A stretch of 64,000 nucleotides of DNA from positions 682,001 through 746,000 of the forward strand of contig OZ237753.1 of the NCBI GenBank assembly GCA_965178125.1. Direction: 5' to 3'. Below are positions 13,459 to 25,200 of this stretch, piece after piece; position 1 is the first letter of the stretch; each line of letters opens with the position of its first letter. The notes under the pieces were generated by a model. It made no database searches, was not told the origin of the DNA, and saw only the letters and a list, made by a program, of their open reading frames with translations. The DNA is from Bilabrum cf. latius (lineage: Eukaryota). The position numbers were made by a program, and so were the translations under genes.

Positions 13459-15012
13459 TCACATGCCACCAGCAGAGTCCATGAGGGCCAGCAAATCGTC
13501 CTCCCCGCCCTCCTCGCCGGCCTCGGGCCCCGCCCCTCCCGCCGTCGCGTCCCTTCCGACCTCCGCATCGTCGTCGAAACCAAGGCTAGCGACCATGGCC
13601 GCCATCGTCTTGCGCTCCCCCGCGTCCATGATGATCACGGCACCCTCCTCGTCCGCGTCACCGGTGCCCGCAGTGACGCTTTCAGGGAACAAATTCAGCT
13701 CTGGGAGGGCACCTGCACCTGCACCGCCGCTGCCCGCCCCCGAGGCGCTGGTCGTCGATTCCGAGTCGGACGGAGCGCCCGCCCCGCCGAGCAACGAGGC
13801 GAGCAGGTTCAGCCCCGCGGCGGCCACCTTGGCTCCGCCCAGTGTTTCTTCGGGTGCTGGCTCCACAGGAGCGGCTGCCTCGGCTGCTGCGGTGCTTCGG
13901 GAGGAGGAGCCAGATTTGCCCGGAGTGTCCTTGGGCAGGTCGTTGATCCGTTGAGTTCTCTTGGTCCTGCTGGCCCGGGGCACTCCGATGAACTTGTGGC
14001 CGATCGAGGTGCTGCTGTTGGGTCCGGGCAGCGTGTGGCTGTTGTCCGGCGTGGTCTTGACCCTCGGCTTTGCGTACATGTTGCTGCCGAGCGTGACCTT
14101 CCGGGTGGTTTTGTCGAAGGAGGAGGGGCCCGTGCCCGGGGCCTCCTCTGCGGGGAGCACGCCAGATAGGCCCAGCTTCAGCGCGGACAGTTCCTGCTCC
14201 GATGTCTGTTCCCCGGACACGGCGTCAAAGTAGCTGCGGGGAGAAGGGGGGGGGGGGTCGGTGCGATGGATGGCACGGTGGGACAGGGCGATTGGCAGGC
14301 AGCCGACGATGGAGTGGGAGCGCGGTCCAATTGATAGCTACACTCACACAACTTTCCCAGGGATCGCGGCAAGCGGAGGAAGAGGCCCCTTCCGGCTGAG
14401 CACCATCGTTCCGTCGAGGTTCTGGACCTTGTCTTGCAGGAAGAGGGATACCTTCACTCGCCGATCCTGGAAAAAATTGAGCAAAGCCCGACGCAGGCGC
14501 CACAACTCGCCCACTGGCAGGCTACCATACGTACGAATAATTCTATCACGGGTGACATCCAGCAATCGTTCGGCTTCCAAGCCAGCAACCATGTCTCGAA
14601 GGGTTTCAACGTGGGTAAGCGTCACATCGGTCACCTCCCGAGGTTGCTTGCAGGCCAAAATCTGCTGCTTGAAGCCCATTGTCATTAAATCATACAACTT
14701 GTCCATCGAGGTTGAGTTGAGCCGCATGATGGACGAGTGTGCCAGCCTGTCGAAGACTTGTCGAGTTGCCCCATCCGTGTACATATCTTGCGGCTTGAAC
14801 AGTTCGTCGATAAACTTTGGGGCAAACATGGCACATACGACATCGTTCAAAACTCGCTTGCTCTTGTCCGACTAGATGCTCTGAGCGTCCAGTCGTTGGG
14901 CCAGGATGTAGAGCATCTCGCCGCCCATGTTGATCAGCAACAGTGGCATTCCAAGCAGCGTTCCGACTCCACGGGCGCCCAAAGAACTGCCAGACGATCC
15001 AACGGAGGCCAT
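13459..15012 (-). CDS. OSCP1: OSCP1 (organic solute carrier partner 1) family protein
   Basis: MPLLLINMGGEMLYILAQRLDAQSI*(TAG 14872)SDKSKRVLNDVV..LFKPQ..FDRLAHSSIMRLNSTSMDKLYDLMTMGFKQQ..FFQDRRVKVSLFL. Intron 14234-14347, then TLGSNMY. TGA at 13459. Confidence 0.9.
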
Positions 15013-15200
15013 TCTACCTGTTTGACTCAAAATATGGCAAAGTTAGGATGGATGCCGCCCCTGATCGACCCTTGTATCGAAACCGTGTCTCGAGACGGCG
15101 AACCCATTCTGAGCAAAACCGAACGTTCACTTGTATGAAAAAAGGATCCGGCGGCAACAATCGCGCCGAAAGAATTCCTTGCCCCGACTAAGAATATGTA

Positions 15201-17033
15201 TCAATCCTCTTGGCCGTCTTGCTCCACAGGCCTGCTTGTGGTTGTCCTCCACCCCGCCCTCGACACGGCGGCCGCGCCCTCCCGATCACTGAGCTCCTCG
15301 CTGGCCTCCTGCATCGCCCGCCCCGTGCGCCAGGTCCAGTACCGGGCGGCCGCCCCGGCCCTGGCGTCGATCTGCCTTCCTCGCTCCTGGTCCAGCTCGC
15401 ACTCGGCGCAGTACATGCTCTGTTCCCTGCACAGCTCGCAGTAGTGCGCGGCAGCCGGTTGCGCCGTGAGCGAGCGCGCGATGGCCAGCGTAAGCTGCCG
15501 TGCCAGCCGGGGAACAACGGCATCGCGCACCTTTTTTACCAAAACGTCTGCCAGGCCGCCCCTGGACACCAGCTCAACGGTCATATTTGCGACCAACGAG
15601 CGCACGAGCTGCTGCGTCAGGCGTGGTACCATGGTCCGCAGCAGGGCGCGCTGGACCCCGGCGGCTGCTTTGGGCACAAGCCTCTCTGCGATGACCCGTC
15701 GAAGCCTGGGCAGGGAGGCCTCAATCACAGTGGGTGTGACCACCAGCGACACTTGCGCCGCAGTTCCGGTGAGTCCCGTGTCTCCCTCTTGCGCCCTGCC
15801 TGGCTGGGCAGCGCCCCCTGTCCCCCCGCTTCCGGTGCTGCCCCCCGAGCCAGCTCCAGCCGTCCCCGCGCCCTGCCCTTGCCCCCTCCCGTGCCCCATT
15901 CCTTGCCCAGATGCCTGCAGCAGCTCCGCCTCGCTACCCTCCTCGCTACCCTCCGCCTCGCTACCAACGCCCTTCCACAGGTTCTACTCACGCGCGATTG
16001 CGCTGAGCCTAGCTTCCGCTTGCTGCCTCAGCAACTGCAAGCCGGCGGGTTCGTGCCCATCATGATCCCTGCCGCCGCCAGCACCACCCGCCCCATCCAG
16101 CCCCGCGTCGAGCAGCTGGCCAACCCAGGCTGTGTTCCCTGGCGTGGTCGACCTCGGCTGCTCCTGCCCGATAGGCACGGCACCGCCAGCCCCAGCCCCA
16201 GCCCCAGCCCCAGCCCCAGCCCCGGCTTCATCGCTGTGGAGGTCCACAGTGACGCCGCCCCCCTCCAGGTCGTCCAGGGCCAGCTCCAGAAGGGTTGCGT
16301 TCTGAGCCAGCTCGTGCACCGCTGCATGGTGTGCCATGGCGCTCGACCCCAGCTGCACGAAGTTCGGTAGCGGGGCGGTGAGTTCCTCCGGCAGGGGGGC
16401 GAGCAGCTCCTCAAAAGGCGGTGGCGGCGGCAGGGGCGGGAGGGCGGAGAGGGGCATGTTCTGCAGCGCGGGAGGGACTGCCATCGGGTCCATCTCCGCG
16501 ATCGGGGGGATGCTCAGTACCTGAAGCATAATCAGTGCGAGTATATTGTTGAACAAGTCGCACAGGATCTCCCTAGACAGCAGGAACGCCAGGCGGGGCG
16601 TGATGTACGCCAGCACGTTTCTGATCGGCTGGATGATCACCTCGTTGATGGTCCCATGCATAGCACGCTGTCCCTCGTGGGATGCCGAACGCAGTTTAGA
16701 AACGATCTGCAAAAATTCCAAGCCGCGTCTCTGGTCTGGACGGAGCGACAGGGCAACTGGTACGCCGGAAGGCTTACCGTCTCTTGTCGGCACGACATGC
16801 ACGCTGCGTGTGTCGGAAGCGATATCAAGCGAGCCGGAGGGATCTATCAGCGACGATAGTCTTTGTTCTCGCGGAATCTTGTACTTGTCGCGCAGCAGCT
16901 GCGAGCGGAAGCTAGTTGCCGTTGCCGCACCGGCTTCGGGCTTGAGAAAGCTATGTGGGGCAGTTACTGTCCCGCCGGGAGTCCACAGGGCAACCACTAG
17001 AAGAAAAACAACGTAAAGTACGTTTTTTGTCAT
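15201..17033 (-). CDS. Uncharacterised protein with predicted signal peptide, about 610 aa
   Basis: ORFs 15984-17117 and 15201-15899 are in the same frame, joined by TAG 15984. Hydrophobic N-terminus MTKNVLYVVFLLVVALW; C-terminal YCELC..YCAEC; TGA stop. Confidence 0.65.
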
Positions 17034-17186
17034 AATTTCATCCAAATTTAGTGCGTCAGGAGCCACTTGTAGTTTGCCATATTTTCGATCGTCACACTTG
17101 ATTTGTAGCGAGCACAAATCGAGTTGCCAAGATGGATTGCCGGAACGACCTCGAGTGGTACCCAGTGCAACACAGCTAGATTTTCC

Positions 17187-20069
17187 ATGAGCGATTCGGG
17201 GGGATGGTTCAACTTCATAGATGAATCGTCAGGTCTGCCATCGCCATGGGTGGTGTTCGTGCTAACTGTGATCATAATGATTGCTTTGTCCGTGCCGCAG
17301 ATTGGCTTGCTGCAACTCGGGTACTACGTGTACACGAGCCCGTTGGGTATTGGAAGAATCATTCATGAGTTGCAGCGATGGCATGTTGGGAAGAAACGCC
17401 ACACTGCAACGCAACGAGTGGCCAAGGAAGGCGAGCCAATGGCAGTCTCAGTGATTCCAGCCCTTGCCGACAATTACCAGTACATTGCGCTAGAAACAGC
17501 GACACTGCGGCGTTAGCTTGGCAACAGCCGGAGCTCCAGTGCTGCTGAGTCGAAGGAAGCGCCTGACCAAGCCAGCACCGGCAGCGAAGCCGACGCCAAG
17601 CCCAGGTGCACGTGTCACGCTGTAGTGGTCGACCCGAGCGACGCACCGCGAATCATTGAAGAAATTGAGCACTTGGAGAAAACGTACGATTGCAGGGTCG
17701 AAGTGGATGCCCTTCTGCTCACGCATTACCACCTGGATCACGTCGGCGGGGCAGGCGAGCTGGTGAGCGCGCTCGTTGCTCGCAACCAGCCCAAGCCCCA
17801 GGTGGTCGCCCCCCGAGACGAAATCGGGCGGATCGCAGTCGCGGTGGACATCCCTGCCAAAGACACTCTGGAAGACGACAGGACATCTACCCCGGAATAC
17901 GCGGCCCGCAGAGCAGACAGCAGGCTGGACGATCTCGCCGGGCCCAAGCCACCGGTCGGTTCCCTGCGGTTCGGCGAGGGCATGCTGGTGCACCCCATGT
18001 GCGTGGGCTGCCACACGCCGGGGCACACTGCGTATGTGGTGGAGTGGCGCAGCACCAAGGCCAAGGTGAGGGCACATGCCTCCATGCAGGCGGGGGGCAA
18101 GAGCCAGGGCAAGGGGGTGTCCTCCACCACGAGCGGCAGGGGCAAGGGCAAAGGCAGGGGCAAGGGGAAGAACTGGGACCCTGCGGCGTAGCTGCCGACT
18201 TCCACTCCTGACGATGTCGCGAGCAGCACTGCGGGCGGCTTGTCTGGCGATGTGGTGCTGGTGGACGGCACGCTGAACGGGCTCTGGGGCCGGGCACTCT
18301 TCTTCTCTGGCGACGCCCTGTTTGCCGGCGGCGTGGGTCGCTTCTTCGAGGGAACAGCGCTGCAGCTGGCACTGTCCCTGCTGCAGGTGGTGCGCGCAGG
18401 TGCCACGGGGCCCGGGCCCGACGAGAGCGACGCGGAGCAGGCGAGAGACCTGATGGAGGGTGTCAAGCTGCCGGGGCAGCAGGGGTCCGAAGGCGGTAGC
18501 CAGGCCGGGGAGGAGGAGCCCCACACGTTGCTGCTCAAGCAGCAGCGGGCAGTCTCGAGGCACTTCGCGCCCACCGTTCTGGAGCCGGCCCTGGAGCTCT
18601 GGAACCCACAGAGCCTTGTGGTACCCGAGGGCGGTGGTGCGGATGGCCTCGACGGGATGGTGCTGGACGGGGTGTGGAAGGGGTGGACGGGCATGTGCTG
18701 CCCCCTGCTGGAGGCGAACGTGGAGGTGGATGAGGTGCAGGTGCACCCGATGGCATTTGCTTCGACGGCCATGTCCAGGCTGTCGAGGGTGGCTGTGTTC
18801 CCTGGGCACGAGTACACGGAGGAAAACCTTCGATTTGCCCGCTGGGCAGAGCCCGAGAACATCGCGATCGAGGCCAAGCTGCAGTGGGCCGCGGCCCGGA
18901 GGGCGGGACATGCCCGGTGTCCGGGCGCCGTGGAGGAGGCGAGGGATCGCAGGGAGGAGAAGGAGGAGAAGGCGCTGGAGGTGCTGCAGGCCAAGGAAGA
19001 CCTGAGCGAGGGGCTCAAGCTGAGGATCGAGAGCGAGCTGGAGGGTATCAGGCAGAGGCGGAGCGGCAAGGGCAAGAAGGACCCCAAGGAGGGGGCGTCC
19101 AGCGCCGCCCCGGACCGACAAGCTTTGGGCTCCAAGGCCGCTGCTCCCTCCTCCGTCGAAGAGGAGAAGGACTCTTCTGCTGTGGCTGGCAAGGATGATG
19201 GCAGCAGCAGCAGCAAGCAGGCAGGTGAATCCCCAGAGAGGGTGGGAGAGCCCCTGCAGACGGTCCCCTCCACGCTGCAGGAGGAGCTAATGACGAACCC
19301 ATTCGTGCGAGCACTGGTGCCCGGCACTTGGGTGGCGGCCCGCATGGACCTGATCTCTGCCATGGCGGAGCGCGAGGACATGACTGAGCTGGATGAGCTG
19401 CCCGAGGCGGACCGCCTGCCCGCGCCCATCAAGCGTGCCGTGCAGGAGGCCCGGGAGAAGAGCAACGCTGAGATGGTTCCGCTGCTGCAGGACATCGTCA
19501 GCGAGGCCCGGGAGAAGGGCGACGACATCTCTGTGCAGAAAGAGATGCTGGTGAGGGGCGTGGTGGCTCGGTCCGTGATGCGGCTGTGGCTGCTGAGGAC
19601 TCTCAAGAGCGCCACTGTGCACAAGGAGGCGTCCGGCGTGGCCTCCTGGCAGGGTCCATCGTGGGCGGGCTGCGAGAAGTACCTGAGGGAGATGGAGGAC
19701 CACGCGACCGCCAAGAGGAAGAGGCTCGAGAAGGAGGCTGGGGAGGCCAGGGCAGCTGCGGAGGTGTACGGGGGGGCGTCGGAGGAGGCCGAGAAGGCAG
19801 CCACGGCTCATCGGGAGGTGGGGGCTAGCGGACAGGATGAAGAGGATGAAGATGACAGCAGCGATGATGGCATCGTGACCGGGCAGGCATCAGAGTCTGC
19901 GGCAGCGAAAGGAAAGGGCAAGGGAAAGGGCGCGGGTTCTGCTTTTGGGGATAGCGGTGCGGATGAGGAGGTGGAGCAGGAGGAGGAGGAAGAAGAAGAA
20001 GAGGAGGAGGAGGAGGATATTGACGATCGGATGCTGGATGAGCTGCAGGCAGAGGTGCCTTTGGACTGA
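17187..20069 (+). CDS. Metallo-beta-lactamase-fold hydroxyacylglutathione hydrolase (glyoxalase II)/PNKD-like protein with N-terminal membrane segment
   Basis: VIPALADNYQY, AVVVDP, LLTHYHLDHVGG, CHTPGH, FSGDALFAGGVGRFFEG, VFPGHEYTEENLRFA and TVPSTLQEELMTNPF are all in one frame across TAGs at 17514 and 18189. Acidic tail; TGA stop. Confidence 0.85.
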
Positions 20070-20271
20070 TGCTGGATGAGCTGCACCCAAGTGGGCGGGT
20101 CGGGTCTCTGCTGCCCGTGCCCGTGTTTGGGTTGCCAACACTGCTTGCCCTGCCCTGCCAGGGGTGGTACTGGTGGTGGCGGTGCATCGACTCTATACTC
20201 TCTCATGTTTGAGGGGGTGAGTGAGTGTTGCGACGGATTCAAGTAGATTTGCTGTGAAATCTATCAATCCG

Positions 20272-21128
20272 TCAATCTTCCATGGCTGCGATGCCGTTGC
20301 TGCCACCACTGCCTGCAACTGCCCCACCTCCTCCGTTACCCTTGCCGCTGCCACCCTAAGCAAATGCCCCTGCCCCGCTCGATGCCGCTGCCCCGCTCGA
20401 TGCTGCTGCACCAGCAGCGACAAACCGGATCCCTTTTGTTGGTCCAGATCGCCGCGGATGCGCGGGATCCTCTGCTTCGTCTTCGCCGTCCCCCGCCCGC
20501 CCCGCAGCGCTGTCATCCATGTCGTACTCGTCGTGCTCACTCCCATCACCCGCCTTTGCGCTGCCTCCGCCAGGGAGCACGGGCTTGAGCGATTCGCCCC
20601 CGGCGGCTTGCTCGGCCTTCGCTGCAGCGTCTTCCAATTGTTTTTGTAACCCGCCTTCGACAACTTCCTCTTCCCGGGTGCCGCGAAGCTTCCTTGGCTT
20701 GGGGCCGCACGGCTCCACCATCCTCTCGAGCATCGACAAACGGACCCGCTCAACAGGCACACCCTCGGCCGCAGCAAAGTACATAAGTTGATCAGAATGG
20801 CCTAGATGAGATGCCATTGCATCCCTATGCATATTAACGGCCCATTCGCTGCGGTGTTACGAAATCAACATATCATGCGCGCTCAAGTGCGCAGTGGGGG
20901 TTGCTTGGCAACACAAACTTGAGACACCTAGGTATACTCACTGCTTCGAAATATCTGGACTTCCTGTTCCAACGTATTTTCGCTTCAAGTGCTCCCAATT
21001 TCTGGAAAGGCTAACGTTAACATTGAATCTATCTTGTGCCTGCGGGAGGCGAGTGTGAAGCATGCTTGTGACTGTAAGAGTGGGTAATTTGCCGGGCTGG
21101 CCAGTGCCTCTGTGAGCAATCTCACCAT
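20272..21128 (-). CDS. SF3B5: Splicing factor 3B subunit 5 (SF3b10) with a long C-terminal extension
   Basis: ATG-only first coding exon (21126-21128); introns 21040-21125 and 20849-20941. Spliced product MAQDRFNVN..EHLKRKYVGTGSPDISKHEWAVNMHRDAMASHLGH..MYFAAAEG..RMVEPCGPKP. TAG at 20356; TGA at 20272. Confidence 0.85.
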
Positions 21129-21263
21129 TTGGACACCCTAAACTGTGGTTCGCCAGCAACTAGCAAGCAAATGCCGCAAATGTTGCCCTGCTGATGGCTA
21201 TGAAGAAGAGGCACAAAAATACATCGAAAAGTGCAACAACACCCATTGGAACGCTTGAAGAGT

Positions 21264-22160
21264 ATGGGCAAGAGCAAGAAGCGGTTTTAGAGATTATCGG
21301 CCATAGCACTAGATGGTGGATAGCGGACCAAGGCTCCCGAGCAGGAGAGCCTGGGCAAGATGCAACTTAGGCATCGCAGAGAATGGCAAGGTGTTCGAGC
21401 GGAAATAGCTGCACTCATGTCGGAAAGACAGAGAATTAGGAAGTCCAGAACAGATCTGAATGATGAACGAAAAGAGTTCACCCGGCGGATTCGAGCAATC
21501 GAAGAGGATTATCGAGCCAGGTGCGAGAGAGAAATTCGTGCACTGAAGGGGCCGGGTGCGGATGCGCACCCTACCAAGCCTACCGAGCGACCAGTTCAAG
21601 ACGATGCCGAGTCTTCATAGCAGTGGGATAGCCTAGACGCGCTAGCAGGCTCGCATCAGCCGCCGGTGCTCCCATCTGCGGCTCCAACTCTGCGAGAGAA
21701 CGGCGCCATCGTGTCTGGCAGGGCAGCCGAAGCGGCCAGCAGGATGCACGAACAGGGCCGCAAAACGGGCTAGCGGAAGAGGCGCAAGAGTGGCGTGGCG
21801 GTCATGACTGGGTTTCTTCCCTCAGCTGGGGAGCCCCCAATCGGGCAGGGGGCTGGAGCAGGAGCAACCAAAGCGATGGATGCCAGCGAGGTGGGCGGCG
21901 GCGCCCTAGACGGGGGCTGGAAGCAGGCAGCTGGCACGGGAGGGCGAGGGTCTCAAGCACCAGCGGAAGGAGGCGCGGGGCCTCTAAAGGGGGGCTTGAA
22001 GGGAAAGGGTGGCTCGGGGGCCAAGAAGACGAGGAGGGGCAGGAGGTCGGGGCAGGCGCCGAGACCGGGCGCTGGAGCCGAGGCATCCGTTACTGGCGGG
22101 ATGCCATCCAAAGATACGTTCATGGGAATGGAGATAGGCTCTGCGGTCCCAAGGTCGTGA
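21264..22160 (+). CDS. Uncharacterised basic coiled-coil protein, about 298 aa
   Basis: ATG 21264 (MGKSKKRF*...) joins ORFs 21360-21620 and 21795-22160 in one frame via 4 TAGs. TGA stop. Confidence 0.6.
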
Positions 22161-22238
22161 TCTCGGGCATGGGTGGCAGTACGGTTGCAACCACTCGGTG
22201 GCCATGTTTGACGAAAGAGAGCAGTATTTACGAATCTG

Positions 22239-25200
22239 ATGGATGTTTCCTCCATTGTTGGACGCTTGGAGGGCCTCCTTAAGACTGGTGGATCCAAAGA
22301 GAGCCGCCATGCCCAGCGCAGGAAAGCATTTCACCTATTCGCATGCCTTCACGCGCTCTTATCTGGGACCGCCTACGACGAGGCTCGACCATTCGCGACA
22401 AGAATAAAAGATTTGATTATTACTGCGGTATGCTCATTCAGTGGAAGGAACGCAGCGTTTCTTCCGTCGGTAGCTGACGTTGCGATCTCCCTCTGCGACA
22501 AGGTCGACAGCAGGCTGCTACAGCAGCTATTAAAGGAGCTGGCAGATCCACTAGGCCACTGGAGGAAGCCAAGTGGTGAAATACTAGCGTGAGATTGTAG
22601 CGCACCCATGGTTTGCGCCATGAGTAGCTTGTGCATGTCACTAAGTGCCTAGCCCCGATCCCAAATATCGCAGTGCCATTTTGGTGACAATCAGCAGAGT
22701 GTTGTTTGCCCTGGGACGGTTTGCACAGTAGAAATAGGTGTGTTCTATAGCTCAGAGCGCATCAGGGCTAGCAACGGACTCTTCTGTGCGGGTGCGTTCG
22801 GCGGTGGCAGCAGCGCTCGGAGGGATCCTCCACGCGATCCGGCCAGGGCCCGTGCCAGTGTCTGATGCAGACGTGGACAAAACGTTGGCTGCCGGTCTGG
22901 GTGCGGCATCTGTCAGAGTTCAGGCGGCCCGGGCACCGGGCAGGGCATCAGACGGGCTGGCCTCTCTCACTGCTCGCCTTGCGCCGGGGGATTTGGGAGC
23001 AAGTGCGCAGGCTGCCGTGCGAGCCTCGTCCAGCTCTGCCGCCGGCGACGGCTCCGATACTTCTGTAAGTCCGCTTTGCTATCTAAGGAGAGAATCAAAG
23101 GCGGATCAGGCCTCTAAATCGGCAGCGGCTGCCTCGCTGAAGCCGAGCAGAGAAGCAGTTGCGTCTTGCCTGAGGGGCCTCGCCAGGCTTTGCCGGGACA
23201 GGGACGCTGCAGTGCGATGCAGGTCCGCCGTATCCATGGCAGCGCTTGCGCGCGTGTCCGCGCAAATAGACTGCATGTGCTGCGTGGGACCAGAGGTCCT
23301 GCTGCAGCTGTGCGCGCCCCGGGCATTTGCAGACGTGTCCCCGCGGTGCAGGAGTGCATTCGCCCTCGCGGTTGCAACCACGCTGGCCTGTGCGGTGCGG
23401 TGTGAACGCGCGCTTGAAGCCAGTGTGACTAGTGCAGAGGATTCCCTGCGCACGGTGCGTTTGCGTGCCGGTGCGGGGGCTGCTGCGGGCGGGGCCGCTG
23501 GTGGCGAGGCAGGCGCGGGCGGAGGCCAGCGCGGGGCTGCCAGGGCGGGCGCGCCGGCACAGGGAGGCAGGAAGGGGCAGGTTCATTGGTGGATGGAATC
23601 GACGAGCGGCTCGCACGCATTGTCGCGATCCTCAGCGGGTGCATTGCACGCATGGGCAGACCGACGCGCGTGCCTGTCGGCGGTAGAGCCGCTCACACGG
23701 GCAGCCTCTGATGCAGTGAGTCAGGCCAGGAGCGGTTCCGCTGGCGCCGCGGCCGGCATGGCTCGTGCCCTTGGCCTCGGTCGGTCACCAGAGGTGCCAC
23801 CCTGCGACGATGGCCTGCCTCCGCCCCCCGCCACTTGGGATGTGCCTTCCGCGCTGGCTTGGATCAGGGGCGCGGCGCACACGGCCGCGGATGGGGCGGG
23901 CTACAGGTCAGCACGGGCCGGGGGCGTCGCCCAGGATCCCACGGCGGCCGATCCGTCCACCGCTGGGCCCGTGCAAGACGCTAGCGGGCTTCGGCCGCCG
24001 CCCACTGCAGCGGACTGCGTCGCGCTGGGCAGCCACATCGGGGCCGCGCTGCTGAGGTCGTGCCGGCACACGCTGGAGGGAGATGCGGTGGCGAGGACCG
24101 TGAGCGGCGTGCTTGCCCTGGCTCGCCGACCAGGGTCAGCGTGCGATTTGTTCCCTGGTGCATCTGGTGCCGAGCGGGTGCTTCATGGGGCAGCTGCAGG
24201 CAGCAGCGCAGCCACCAGCGGCGGGGATCCCGAGCTAGCAGGCGCACCCCTGTGGGTGCCCTGGCGCACTGGAGGCAGGCTGTCAGCCCAGGCTGCCCAT
24301 CGGCGAGCGTGTGCCGAGTTTGTGCTAGAGCGCGGCCTGCTCGCGCCTCCAGACAGCCTGTTTCGGTACCTTCCCGGAAGATGGGAGGCGTTCCAGTCTG
24401 CTGTGGCAGGGCACCTGGCTGGCGTTGTCGCTGCCGAGGCCGGCGTGCTGCCACCGGCCGTCGCACAGAAGCTCTCATACCGTGCGACGGGGGTTCCTGT
24501 CGGTGTAGATGGGTGTCTCGTGGGAATGGGCGTCCTGGATCGGATGATCCGAGAGGGCATCGGGTCAGGTGGCGCTGCGTGCCCGGCGAGCCACTGGGAC
24601 CTGGCGATGCGGCACGTGCCGGATGCTAGCCCCAGCAGCCGGCTGACGGGAAGCGCTGCGCTCCCATCGCTGTCGATTGCTAGCAGTATCCTGCCGGCTG
24701 CATGGAAGCTCGCCACGGCCCCGCATCCCTTCGTTGCTGTGAGGCAGAGCGCACTGCGGCTCATGAGATGCGCTGCTACCCGCCTGCCGTCAGCCGCGAG
24801 GGACCTCTCTGCGATCGCGATCGAGGCAGCTGGCAGGCGTGCCTTGCTCCTGGCAGATCGAGACCGGCTGTCGCAGTTGCAAGCGTCGGCAGCAGCCGGT
24901 GGCGGGGCCGCTTCATCTGAGTCACAGGGGCCGTGGGGCGGGCTGTCAACGGAGGCTCCGGCCACCTCTAGCCGCGGTGGCTCCGTCGCTCTCAGGGCCG
25001 CGCAGGCAAGCACAGGAGCGTGCGGCGTTGCGCTGGCTAGGGCATCCAGGAGGAAACTCAGCCTGCTGGGCCTCCCTCTCAACAATGACGGGGCAGTGAG
25101 GGTGGCCGCTGCAGGCATGAAACGGAGGCCCAAAGGCCCCGCCCTCTGGAGACAGGCGGAGACTGCAGGCGCGTTGTCGCACCCCCACGGAGTCTCCATT

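Noticed and set aside
17490-19804. Long antisense ORFs (17490-19121, 17738-19804; likewise 24183-25619, 39668-41137, 57026-58249)
   Set aside because: These are shadows of GC-rich or repetitive coding sequence on the opposite strand, with no recognisable motifs.
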